Origin: Planctomycetota bacterium
GTDB taxonomy: Bacteria; Planctomycetota; SZUA-567; H5-PLA8
Assembly: GCA_045863855.1 (NCBI GenBank)
Contig: BTVV01000069.1
Location: forward strand, 1 to 31,433
DNA: 31,433 nucleotides
Reading direction: 5' to 3'
A program made the translations under genes and the position numbers. Shown in pieces: positions 1 to 8,272 of the stretch. A model generated the notes under the pieces. The model made no database searches. It was not told where the DNA came from and saw only the letters and a program-made list of their open reading frames with translations. The stretch's first letter is position 1. Every line of letters begins with the position of its first letter.

Positions 1-619
1 CACCGACTTCGACGTCGACATCAACGAACTGGAACGCAACATCAAGCGCATGCGCAAGACGGGGACCAAGTTCATCCGCGTGATGAGTTACCCCAACGCA
101 AAGGAGCCGTGGCCGGAAGCGCAGTGGAAGGCTGAAGTCATCCGCCGGCTGAAGGAACTTTCCGCCCGCGCCCGCGCCGCCGATATCGTACTCGTGCACG
201 AGAACTGCAACGGCTACGGCGGCCTGGGACCGAAGCAGACCCTGGAACTGATCGAAGCCATCGACAATCCGGCCTTCAAGCTCGTCTTCGACACCGGCAA
301 CAACACCGGTCACGACAACGAACTCGAAGCCACCTGGCGCTTCTACGAAGCGGTCAAGGACCACATCGTCCACGTGCACATCAAGTCGTACAAGAAGGGC
401 GCCGACGGCAAGTTCGCGACCTGCTTCCCGGACGAAGACGCCAACCAGCTCAAGATTTTGAAAGATCTGAAGAAGCGCGGGTACAACGGCTACATCAGCA
501 TCGAACCGCACCTGAAGGCCGCAGTGCACGCCGGGAAAGACGTGGACGACGTTGAAGCCGCCACAGCCGTCTGGATCGACTACGCCAAGCGCATCGAGAA
601 ACTGGCCGCGAAGGCGTAA
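1..619 (+). CDS. Sugar phosphate isomerase/epimerase (xylose-isomerase-like TIM barrel, AP_endonuc_2), 5'-truncated by the window edge
   Basis: The frame is open from position 2 (TDFDVDINELERNIKR...). Family metal-ligand motifs are present: LVHEN, VFDTGN, HVHIK, ISIEPH. Confidence 0.85.
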   Translation, partial: TDFDVDINELERNIKRMRKTGTKFIRVMSYPNAKEPWPEAQWKAEVIRRLKELSARARAADIVLVHENCNGYGGLGPKQTLELIEAIDNPAFKLVFDTGNNTGHDNELEATWRFYEAVKDHIVHVHIKSYKKGADGKFATCFPDEDANQLKILKDLKKRGYNGYISIEPHLKAAVHAGKDVDDVEAATAVWIDYAKRIEKLAAKA

Positions 620-664
620 CGCCTTTTCGACCTGCGCGATGGCGCGTATTCGAGAATTATGCTT

Positions 665-700
665 AACCGGGAGCCTGTGCATGGCTCCCGGTTTTGCTTT
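665..700 (+). terminator. Intrinsic terminator after the epimerase gene
   Basis: Perfect 11-bp stem AACCGGGAGCC / GGCTCCCGGTT (665-675/683-693) followed by TTGCTTT. Confidence 0.8.
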
Positions 701-757
701 CCCAGCAGCCCCATCCTGACGATCCCAGTCTGTAACTCTGGCTCGAGGTCCGGTATC

Positions 758-2128
758 ATGGCTGCCATGACGACGCCCGACGAGACCCCGCCGCTCTGGC
801 GCCTGCTGTGGGAAAAGCTCCTCCGCGACCGCATCACACTTCGCGCCGGCGCGCTCTCCTTCACGACCCTCGCTTCGCTGCTGCCGCTCTCGGCCATCGT
901 CCTGGCGGTGCTTTCGGGACCGGCCTTCGAATCCCAGCGTGAACGCGTTCTCGACCAGGTGGCATCTGCCGCGGTTCCCGATAGCCAATCGGCCTACGAC
1001 GAAGTACTGATGCTGGAGGGTGCAGATACCACGCGCGAAAACACGATCGCCAACCTCAAGGCCGAGTTCCGCGGCGCGATCGACATGCTGGGCGGAAATC
1101 TGGGGAAGATCGGCATATTCTCATTCGTGGTCCTGCTGTTTATCGCGCTGCAGCTTTTCGGGACCGTCGAAGGCACCTTCAACGAGATTTGGAACGTGAG
1201 TCAGGGCCGCGGCCTCTTCATGAAGCTGGCGATCACGTCGGCCATGCTGTTCTGGGGGCCGGTGGTGGTCGGCTGCGCGGTGGCGGCGACGGCGAAGCTG
1301 CCGAACTTCGCGCTCGTGCGTTTCTTCCTGCCGATGGTGCTGACGGCTCTCGCGTTCACCGCTTTTTATATGATCATGCCGCACGCGCGCGTACGCATCC
1401 AGGCGGCGCTCGCCGGAGGCGCGTCCGCGGCCTTGTTGTGGGAGTTAAGCAAAGTCGGGTTCCTCGTCTACATGAAGCAGGCGGTGAACACGAGCGCGCT
1501 GTACGGCAGCTTGAGCCTGGTGCCGGTGGTCTTCGCGTGGGTGTACTTGAGCTGGCTGGTGGTGCTGACGGGCGCGGAGGTGGCGTACCTGTTCCAGCAC
1601 CGCGTGGCTTTGCGCGAAGCATGGCGCGTACGCCGCCGCGCCGAAGCGCTCGCCGCGCAAGGCGCCGCGCAAGCGCCCGAATACGCCCGCCTGCCCGCGC
1701 TGGCGCTGGCCGCGGCGCGTGAGGTGGCGCGGCGCTACCGGGACGGTTCGTCGCCCGGCGGGATTACCAAGAGCGCGCTCGCCGCGGCCTTGCACGTCGA
1801 GCCCGGTCCGCTTGAACAGGCGCTCGAACGCCTGACCGGCGGCGGCATCCTGGCCCGCGTCAACGGAGCGAACGAAGAGCCGTCCGCCGATCCGCGTTAT
1901 TTGCCCGCCAGCGACCCGGCCCGGATGACGCTGGCGCAGTTGCTCCGCGCCGCGCGCGGGTCCGAAGCGGGGATCGAATCGAACGAAGCACTCGGCCCGG
2001 CCGCAGAACTGATCGCCCGCGCGCGCCGGGACGGCGAGCAGGCGCTGGCCGCCCAATCCTTCGGCGATTGGCTGGGCGAAGCCCCCGCGCCGGCGGCCCA
2101 GACCGCGCCTTCAGGCCATCCTGCGTGA
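758..2128 (+). CDS. YihY/virulence factor BrkB family membrane protein with a C-terminal Rrf2-like winged-helix region
   Basis: Motifs RAGALSFTTLASLLP, VEGTFNEIW and LYGSLSLVPVVFAWVYLSWLVVLTGAE, with multiple TM segments. The C-terminal 'KSALAAALHVEPGPLEQALERLTGGGIL' is wHTH-like. Start is at ATG 758 or 767; the track's 659 start runs through the terminator. Confidence 0.85.
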   Translation: MAAMTTPDETPPLWRLLWEKLLRDRITLRAGALSFTTLASLLPLSAIVLAVLSGPAFESQRERVLDQVASAAVPDSQSAYDEVLMLEGADTTRENTIANLKAEFRGAIDMLGGNLGKIGIFSFVVLLFIALQLFGTVEGTFNEIWNVSQGRGLFMKLAITSAMLFWGPVVVGCAVAATAKLPNFALVRFFLPMVLTALAFTAFYMIMPHARVRIQAALAGGASAALLWELSKVGFLVYMKQAVNTSALYGSLSLVPVVFAWVYLSWLVVLTGAEVAYLFQHRVALREAWRVRRRAEALAAQGAAQAPEYARLPALALAAAREVARRYRDGSSPGGITKSALAAALHVEPGPLEQALERLTGGGILARVNGANEEPSADPRYLPASDPARMTLAQLLRAARGSEAGIESNEALGPAAELIARARRDGEQALAAQSFGDWLGEAPAPAAQTAPSGHPA

Positions 2129-2571
2129 CGCGCGCCGCCCATTGCTTCGCAAGCCTCGCGCTCTGTGCCGTGTTGGCCGGTTGCGGCGGCGGCGGGGACG
2201 GCCCGCCCGACCCCAAGATTCTGGCTCAGTTGATCGGCTCGTGGGAAGGCGAAGGCCCGGAACAGGCCGGCGTGCGCGCGAAGGTGCGCGTCGAATTCCG
2301 CGCCGACGGGACCGTGAAGCAGGTGCTCGAAAGCGCGAGTGGCAGCACCGAGACGACGCTGAAATACCTCTTCAACACCGCGCACGTACCCTATCGCCTG
2401 GATTTCATCGGCAAGCGCCACACGCTGGAGCAGGTGCTGCTGATCGGGATCGCGGAATTTCCCGATCCCGACACACTGCGTCTGCGCAGCGTGCCCATGG
2501 GGGTGCCGCGCGCGGAGACCTTCGACGAGAAGAAGACCGCCGTGCTGAAGCGCGTGAAGACTGCGGAATGA
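2125..2571 (+). CDS. Hypothetical lipoprotein with a TIGR03067/lipocalin-like small beta domain
   Basis: The GTG start overlaps the upstream stop (GTGA at 2125-2128). Lipobox VLAG-C. Pattern LIGSW ... PYRLDF ... GIAEF ... DTLRL ... PRAETF ... VLKRVK. Confidence 0.65.
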   Translation: MTRAAHCFASLALCAVLAGCGGGGDGPPDPKILAQLIGSWEGEGPEQAGVRAKVRVEFRADGTVKQVLESASGSTETTLKYLFNTAHVPYRLDFIGKRHTLEQVLLIGIAEFPDPDTLRLRSVPMGVPRAETFDEKKTAVLKRVKTAE

Positions 2572-2572
2572 G

Positions 2573-3916
2573 TCAAGGCTCCACGACGACGCGCAGCTTC
2601 GCCAAAGCCGGTTCACCGCGCAGGCCTCGCCCATGCACGGCGACCGTATAAAGACCTGGCCGATCGTATGCGTGTTCAACTTGTGATGCGATGGTGGTGC
2701 GCGCACTTCCGTCGCCAAAGTCGATCTCGGGCGATTCAGCCAATCCGCTGAGCCGGTTCCAGAAGAGCACGCTTGTACCGGTGCGGATCGCGCGGGCCGG
2801 CGCATAGTGCAGCCAGCCTCGCGGAATATCGTGCGCTTCGGGGCGTGCAGGATCGTAGACCGTTACGTGAATGCTGTCGCGATCTTCCGCGCCTGAGGCC
2901 GAGTGTACGACTAATTCCTCGGCGTAAAACCCAGGGCGCTCGTATCGAACTTCGGTTTGCGCGCCGGAAACGGTCCGGCCGTCGTGCAGGCGCCAGGCGA
3001 AAGACGCGATCCGCTCGCCCGGGCGCGCCAGCGAGCGCGAACCGTCCAGAACGATAGGCCGACCGGGAACTGTGAATGCAAACCCGCCCGCAATAGGCAG
3101 TAGCGCGTCGGGAAACGAACGGAAGTATGCCGCGGCCACGAATGGAAACGGGCTGAACTTCGTCCCTTCCGTGTGGAATCCCAGGTGCAAATGAGGATCG
3201 TGCGATTGGCAGGTACGTCCCGCCCAAGTCTGGCCGGTTCGCCCCAGGGCCTCGCCTCGCGCGACCTCCGCGCCCACCGTAAGCCTTGGCGAAATATCCT
3301 TTAGATCCATATGCGCACAGCGGATCTCGACGCCTTCGCTCGTACGAACGGACAATCCATTCGACTGACCATCACCCAAAGGCAGCGGTGAAATCGCCAC
3401 CCGTCCCGACTCCGCCGCCGCTACGGGGACGCGATTCGGGATGGCTCCGTAATCCTCTCCCCGGTGATAGTACAAGCTGTTGAAGGGCACCAGCGAGAGC
3501 CACGTATTCATGTACGTCGAAGAACGCCAGCGGTATTCGCGCAGCGGAAACAAGAGATCTTCGGGCCCCCAGGGCAAGTTGGCGGCCAGCACCGAGAGAC
3601 GAACGTCGGTATTTAGATCTTCGATTTTGCTGTAGCGGCAATCGGCCGCCCAATTGCGCGTCAATTCCGCGTACAGCCGCACGCCGCCGACCACGGCGGG
3701 CATCTCGTAGGGGCGCATGCGCAGTACGGCCCGCTCGCCGGAAACGTCCACGGCGACATGGGCTTCGCAAAGCGTCTCGCGCCGCGGGTTGTCCGCGCAC
3801 CAGAAATCGGGCTCGTAAAACTCTTCGATCCCCAGCACGCGAATCGTCCGGATCCCGTCGGCCCCGTGCGCCTCGAAACTCGAACCGATATTCACGTTTG
3901 TCCGCAGCGGCCACAT
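2573..3916 (-). CDS. M23 family metallopeptidase fused to two PKD domains
   Basis: Zn motifs HRGED (HxxxD), CAHMD and PHLH (HxH). PKD-like segments LDGSRS..IASFAW..YERPG and IDFGDG..EHAYDRPGLYTV. ATG 3916 has an AGGAGG upstream, just inside the nadD 3' end. Confidence 0.75.
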   Translation of the reverse strand: MWPLRTNVNIGSSFEAHGADGIRTIRVLGIEEFYEPDFWCADNPRRETLCEAHVAVDVSGERAVLRMRPYEMPAVVGGVRLYAELTRNWAADCRYSKIEDLNTDVRLSVLAANLPWGPEDLLFPLREYRWRSSTYMNTWLSLVPFNSLYYHRGEDYGAIPNRVPVAAAESGRVAISPLPLGDGQSNGLSVRTSEGVEIRCAHMDLKDISPRLTVGAEVARGEALGRTGQTWAGRTCQSHDPHLHLGFHTEGTKFSPFPFVAAAYFRSFPDALLPIAGGFAFTVPGRPIVLDGSRSLARPGERIASFAWRLHDGRTVSGAQTEVRYERPGFYAEELVVHSASGAEDRDSIHVTVYDPARPEAHDIPRGWLHYAPARAIRTGTSVLFWNRLSGLAESPEIDFGDGSARTTIASQVEHAYDRPGLYTVAVHGRGLRGEPALAKLRVVVEP

Positions 3917-3921
3917 CTGGG

Positions 3922-4605
3922 TCAGTGCCTCCTGGATCGGTCCGTACCCCGCACCGCGCCATACAAACCCTTCGCGCGGATGTACTCCTCCACGTCTTTG
4001 CGCAGGAGCCCCCGGATCGGTTCCCCCGCGCGCAGGCACTTCCGGATTTGTGTAGACGAGACATCCACTTTATCGACGGGCACTACGCCACGTTGGAGGC
4101 GTTTAACGGCATCCGCCCCGAACGCTTCGCGCAAGCGGTCCCACAAATGATCGTTCAGCGGCTGTTCGCGGCGCGCGGCGATGGCGAAATCGGCCAGCGC
4201 CACCAATTCCTTGGCCTGGTACCATGTGGGCAATTCGGCCACGCTGTCCGCCCCGATGATGAAGCGGATCTCCGCATCCTTGCCGTACGCTTGGCGCAGC
4301 AGCCGCGCGGTCTCGACGGTATAGCTTACCCCGCCGCGGGTCAGTTCCAGGTCACTGGCCTCCAGCCCGCGCATGGCGCGCACGGCCAGCCGGCACATTT
4401 CCAGGCGGTCTTCGGGGGAGGCCAGATCGGGATCGTTCTGCTTGTGCGGCGGCGTGGCGGCGGGAAGCAGGAAAACCTTCTCGAGTTTCAACTCGGTCTG
4501 GACCTGCTGCGCGATCGAGAGGTGCCCGACGTGGATCGGGTTGAACGAGCCGCCCAGGATGCCGAAGCGCGTCACGTTCCCCAGCGGCAGTTGCGATTGG
4601 CCCAT
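3922..4605 (-). CDS. nadD: Nicotinate-nucleotide adenylyltransferase
   Basis: GILGGSFNPIHVGH (HxGH), PPHK, SYTVET, IIGADS, VSSTQIR, YIRAKGLY. Confidence 0.95.
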   Translation of the reverse strand: MGQSQLPLGNVTRFGILGGSFNPIHVGHLSIAQQVQTELKLEKVFLLPAATPPHKQNDPDLASPEDRLEMCRLAVRAMRGLEASDLELTRGGVSYTVETARLLRQAYGKDAEIRFIIGADSVAELPTWYQAKELVALADFAIAARREQPLNDHLWDRLREAFGADAVKRLQRGVVPVDKVDVSSTQIRKCLRAGEPIRGLLRKDVEEYIRAKGLYGAVRGTDRSRRH

Positions 4606-4668
4606 GGCGTCCCCTGCACTAGAATGTATGCGCCGAGCTTAACGGAGGCGCGAAGGCGCTCAAGGACC

Positions 4669-5436
4669 ATGGCCGCAAAGAACCGCAAGAAAGAGACCGA
4701 GGACACCGAAGAACGCGCCACGCGGCTGGCCTACATCGGCACTCTTGCCTCGGGTTTGGCCCACGAAATCCGCAGCCCGCTCAATTCGATCAAGCTGAAC
4801 CTCGATCTGCTCAAGGAGTCCGTCGGCGAAGTGCGCAGCGAGGCGCGCGAGCGCTTCGAAACGCGGCTCGACTTGATTGCCAAAGAAGTCGACGGCTTGC
4901 AGGATCTGCTCACCGAGTTTCTGAAGTTCGCGCGCCCGCCGCGCATGCAGCCGCTGGCGACGGACATCAACCATCTGGCGCAGCAGGTGCTGGAACTGGT
5001 CGAGCCCGAATGCCGGCAGGCGCATATCGAACTGGTCCGCGACTTTCAGGAAGACCTCTATCCGGTGGCCGTGGATCAGGCCCAGTTCGGGCGCGGGGTG
5101 CTCCTGAACCTGCTCACCAACGCGCGCGAGCAGATCGGCGAACACGGCACGATCACCGTCCGCACGCGCGACCGGGACGACGCCATCGAGGTGCAGGTCG
5201 AGGACAACGGAGGCGGCGTGCAACCGGGCCTGGAAGAGAAGATTTTCCAAGCCTTCGAATCCACCAAGGCGCACGGGACGGGCCTGGGCCTGCCCATCGC
5301 CCGGCGCATCGTGATGGAGCACGGCGGCGAATTGCTGCTGCAGAACCATCCGGGGCAGGGCGCGATTTTTCTCGTTCGGTTGCCCAAGAGCAAGATTTTG
5401 CCGCTGGCGCCGGAAGGCGGGACGCCCCGGCGTTAA
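4669..5436 (+). CDS. NtrB-like histidine kinase (HisKA + HATPase_c) with no sensor domain
   Basis: H-box LASGLAHEIRSPL, N-box LLNLLTNA, G1 VEDNGGG, F/G2 FESTKAHGTGLGL. ATG 4669 is preceded by GGAGG/AAGGA. The frame's upstream part overlaps nadD in antisense. Confidence 0.9.
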   Translation: MAAKNRKKETEDTEERATRLAYIGTLASGLAHEIRSPLNSIKLNLDLLKESVGEVRSEARERFETRLDLIAKEVDGLQDLLTEFLKFARPPRMQPLATDINHLAQQVLELVEPECRQAHIELVRDFQEDLYPVAVDQAQFGRGVLLNLLTNAREQIGEHGTITVRTRDRDDAIEVQVEDNGGGVQPGLEEKIFQAFESTKAHGTGLGLPIARRIVMEHGGELLLQNHPGQGAIFLVRLPKSKILPLAPEGGTPRR

Positions 5437-5483
5437 AAGTTCGCCGCGATTGCCAGACGCGCCCGCTCCGTTACCATAAGGTC

Positions 5484-6932
5484 ATGTCCGAGCCCGAAAC
5501 CGCGACCAAGCACCGCAGCGTGCTCCTGATCGAAGACCACGAAACGACGCGCATCACGCTCGCCGGGGTCGTCGAACAGGAAGGCTGTAAAGTCACGTCC
5601 GTGGCCAGTGCCGGCGCGGCGCGCGAGAAGCTCAGAGACGAAGAGTTCGATCTCGTCGTCACCGACCTGCGCCTGCCCGACGGCGACGGGATGGAACTGC
5701 TCAAGGAGGCCAAGCGCCTGAGCCCCGGCACGCCGGTGATTCTCGTTACCGGTCACGGCAGCGAAGAGACGGCCGTGAAGGCGATGAAGCAGGGCGCGTT
5801 CAATTACCTCGCCAAGCCCATCGATCTGCATCGGCTGCGGGCGGAACTCGAAAGCGCCCTGCGCTGGCGCGCCTCGCAGATTCAGACCGCCGAGCTGCAG
5901 CAGGAACTGCTCACCCGCCGCCGCGGCGACAGCGAATTGATCGGCGTTTCCCCGCCGATCCTGGCCATCCGCGAAAAGATTCGCCAGATCGGACCAACGC
6001 ACGCCACCGTGATGCTGACCGGTGAGACCGGCGTGGGCAAAGAGGTCGTCGCCGGTGCGATCCAAGCCGCCAGCGACCGCGCGGGCAAACCCTTCGTCAA
6101 AGTCAACGTCGCCGCGTTGCCGCGCGAACTGCTGGAGAGCGAACTCTTCGGACACGAACGCGGCGCCTTCACCAGCGCCGTGCGCGCGCGCAAGGGCCGT
6201 TTCGAACTTGCCGACGGCGGAACGCTTTTTCTCGATGAGATCGCGGAGTGCCCGCCCGAAGTCCAGGTGAAGCTCTTGCGCGTGCTGCAAGAGCACGAGT
6301 TCGAGCGCGTCGGCGGAAGCGAGACGCTGCGGACCGACGTGCGTTTGATCTGCGCGACCAACAAGGACCTCAAGAAGGAGATGGCCGAGGGACGTTTCCG
6401 CGAGGACCTGTACTACCGCATCAACGTGATCCAGATTCCCATCCCGCCGCTACGCGACCGGGTCAAGGATCTGGACCTGCTGGTGCCGCATTTCATGAAG
6501 CAGATCGCGCAGCGCGAAGGCGCCAAGCAAGCCAAGTCGGTGGGCCACGAAGCGATGGAAGCCATGCGCCGCTACCGCTGGCCCGGCAACGTCCGCGAAC
6601 TGCGCCACGCCGTCGAGCACGCGTATTTGCTCAGCCCCGGCTTGGAGATCGGTCCCGAATCGCTGCCGGACGAAGTGCTGCAAGCCGGCGGGCGGCCCGC
6701 GGGCAAGTCCGAAGCCGCCGCATCGTCGGCCGGCGTCCACGGGGATGCGCTCACCGTGGTGCTTGACCTGCCCATGGAAGAAGTGGAGCGCCAGTTCATC
6801 CTGGCCGTATACGAGAAAGCGAAGCGCAACAAGACCCAAGCCGCCAAGATGCTGGGCATCGGCTTGAAGACGCTTTACCGCAAATTGAGCAAGTACGGGG
6901 TCGAAAGCGGCGAGGACGAACCGGAGGAGTAG
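5484..6932 (+). CDS. Sigma-54-dependent response regulator (REC-AAA+-Fis HTH; NtrC/AtoC family)
   Basis: REC domain (IEDH, VTDLRLPDGDG, YLAKP), Walker A GETGVGKE, ESELFGHERGAFTSA, Walker B FLDE, FREDLYYRIN, WPGNVREL, HTH NKTQAAKMLGIGLKTLYRKL. Confidence 0.95.
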   Translation: MSEPETATKHRSVLLIEDHETTRITLAGVVEQEGCKVTSVASAGAAREKLRDEEFDLVVTDLRLPDGDGMELLKEAKRLSPGTPVILVTGHGSEETAVKAMKQGAFNYLAKPIDLHRLRAELESALRWRASQIQTAELQQELLTRRRGDSELIGVSPPILAIREKIRQIGPTHATVMLTGETGVGKEVVAGAIQAASDRAGKPFVKVNVAALPRELLESELFGHERGAFTSAVRARKGRFELADGGTLFLDEIAECPPEVQVKLLRVLQEHEFERVGGSETLRTDVRLICATNKDLKKEMAEGRFREDLYYRINVIQIPIPPLRDRVKDLDLLVPHFMKQIAQREGAKQAKSVGHEAMEAMRRYRWPGNVRELRHAVEHAYLLSPGLEIGPESLPDEVLQAGGRPAGKSEAAASSAGVHGDALTVVLDLPMEEVERQFILAVYEKAKRNKTQAAKMLGIGLKTLYRKLSKYGVESGEDEPEE

Positions 6933-7029
6933 CTTTAACTGTGGGGAGCGTCGCAACGCACGCCGGCATGTCCTAAGCTCCGGACGCTGTCCCGAAGCCT
7001 GGACCGGCCGAGCGAAGTTGCGCAGGTGC

Positions 7030-7146
7030 TTATTGGGCGAGCAGCCAGAACAAGCCCGCCGCCGAGGAAGCCGTCAGAAGCGCGCCCACCAGCAGCATCT
7101 CCAGGCGCAGCACCGGCATCGAGGTGTATCCGCGGGGCGTATGCAT
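7030..7146 (-). CDS. Putative 38-aa single-pass membrane small protein (MHTPRGYTSMPVLRLEMLLVGALLTASSAAGLFWLLAQ)
   Basis: ATG at 7146 with GAGGAGG (7157-7163) 10 nt upstream, TAA at 7030-7032, mostly G/C third positions and a hydrophobic C-terminal ~20 residues. It sits in an otherwise empty 510-nt gap. Confidence 0.6.
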   Translation of the reverse strand: MHTPRGYTSMPVLRLEMLLVGALLTASSAAGLFWLLAQ

Positions 7147-7445
7147 GGTCTTCGAGCCTCCTCAGGCGATCCTGCTTCGGTCTGGCAACTGGGCGCGGTC
7201 CCTTCGACTGCGCTTACGCCAAGCCCGAGTCGCAACCCCCGTGCCGCGCGGCTCGAAGTCGCGGCGTTCTTGCAAGCCAAGTTCCCTCAAGGGGTAGCAG
7301 TTCCCGAGGCGAGTGGGCGGGGCGCGCGGTCTGTCCCGGCTTCCGGACGCGCTCGCACCCACGCATCCATCCTCTAAAGTAAGTGTCTGCGGGTTGCGTT
7401 GGTGTTTACTTTCAGGGTCCGCCCAATCGAAGGAGTGCTTGGTTC

Positions 7446-8246
7446 ATGGCCGCGCCGCGCCGCATCTTGCTGACCAACGACGACGGGCTCTCCTCGCCGG
7501 GGCTGACGACGCTCGCCCAAGTGCTCCAAGAGGCTGGAGGTTACGACGTCCGCATCGCCGCGCCCGAACGCGAGCAATCTGGCGTCGGGCATTGCATCAC
7601 GCTCCACGAACCGCTCTATGCCGAACCGATGACGCTCGACGGGCCGCTTGCCGGCATCCCGACTTGGCGCGTGCGTGGCACGCCGGCCGATTGCGTCAAG
7701 ATTGCGATCACAAACCTATTCCCGGGATTCGAGCCCGAGCTGGCCGTCTCCGGCATCAACCGCGGGCCCAACGTGGGCATGAACGTCTTTTACTCCGGCA
7801 CGGTGGGCGGAGCGCTTGAAGCCTGCATCAACGAGATCCCAGCGCTCGCCGTCTCGCTCGACGTGCCCGCCACCGGCCTCTGGCATTTTCGGTTAGCCGC
7901 CGAACAGACCCTCCCGCTCATTGCGGCGGCGCTCGAAAACGGCTTGCCGCCTTGGTCGGCGCTGAACGTGAACCTCCCCAACCGCCCGCAAGCGCAGCAG
8001 AAGGGCGTGCGCCTCACGCGCCAGGGCGTGAGCTGCTTCAAGGAGTATTACGTCGAAGAGAAGTGCGAACCGCCGCACCGGCGATTCCGGCTGGAAGGCG
8101 AGATGATTTTTCGAGACCAGGATCTGGACGTCGACGCCGTGGCGCTGCGCGAAGGCTGGATTTCCGTCACGCCGTTGGGATTGAGCTTGCCCAATCCCGC
8201 CGCGCTGGCGCACGTGAAAGATTGGTCGGTCTTCAAGCCGGCGTAA
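7446..8246 (+). CDS. surE: 5'/3'-nucleotidase SurE
   Basis: ILLTNDDG, APEREQSG, GTPADCV, SGINRGPNVG, YSGTVG, LNVN, ISVTPL. AAGGAG lies upstream of ATG 7446. Confidence 0.95.
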   Translation: MAAPRRILLTNDDGLSSPGLTTLAQVLQEAGGYDVRIAAPEREQSGVGHCITLHEPLYAEPMTLDGPLAGIPTWRVRGTPADCVKIAITNLFPGFEPELAVSGINRGPNVGMNVFYSGTVGGALEACINEIPALAVSLDVPATGLWHFRLAAEQTLPLIAAALENGLPPWSALNVNLPNRPQAQQKGVRLTRQGVSCFKEYYVEEKCEPPHRRFRLEGEMIFRDQDLDVDAVALREGWISVTPLGLSLPNPAALAHVKDWSVFKPA

Positions 8247-8272
8247 TGCTATCCTGCGGCAAGCGGGTATCC

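Noticed and set aside
3898..4668. 256-aa N-terminal extension of the histidine kinase in the ORF track (512 aa total)
   Set aside because: It is the antisense shadow of nadD. It has no domain-like content, and an RBS-supported ATG exists at 4669.
7030..7146. Type IV pilin/Flp-like prepilin reading of the microprotein (RG|YTS...)
   Set aside because: There is no Glu at +5 after the Gly, and the hydrophobic stretch starts too late.
6933..7445. ORF-track ORFs of 66-168 aa in the activator-surE gap
   Set aside because: They have low-complexity Arg/Ala/Pro/Ser composition and no RBS, and they conflict with the better-supported 38-aa ORF or with surE.
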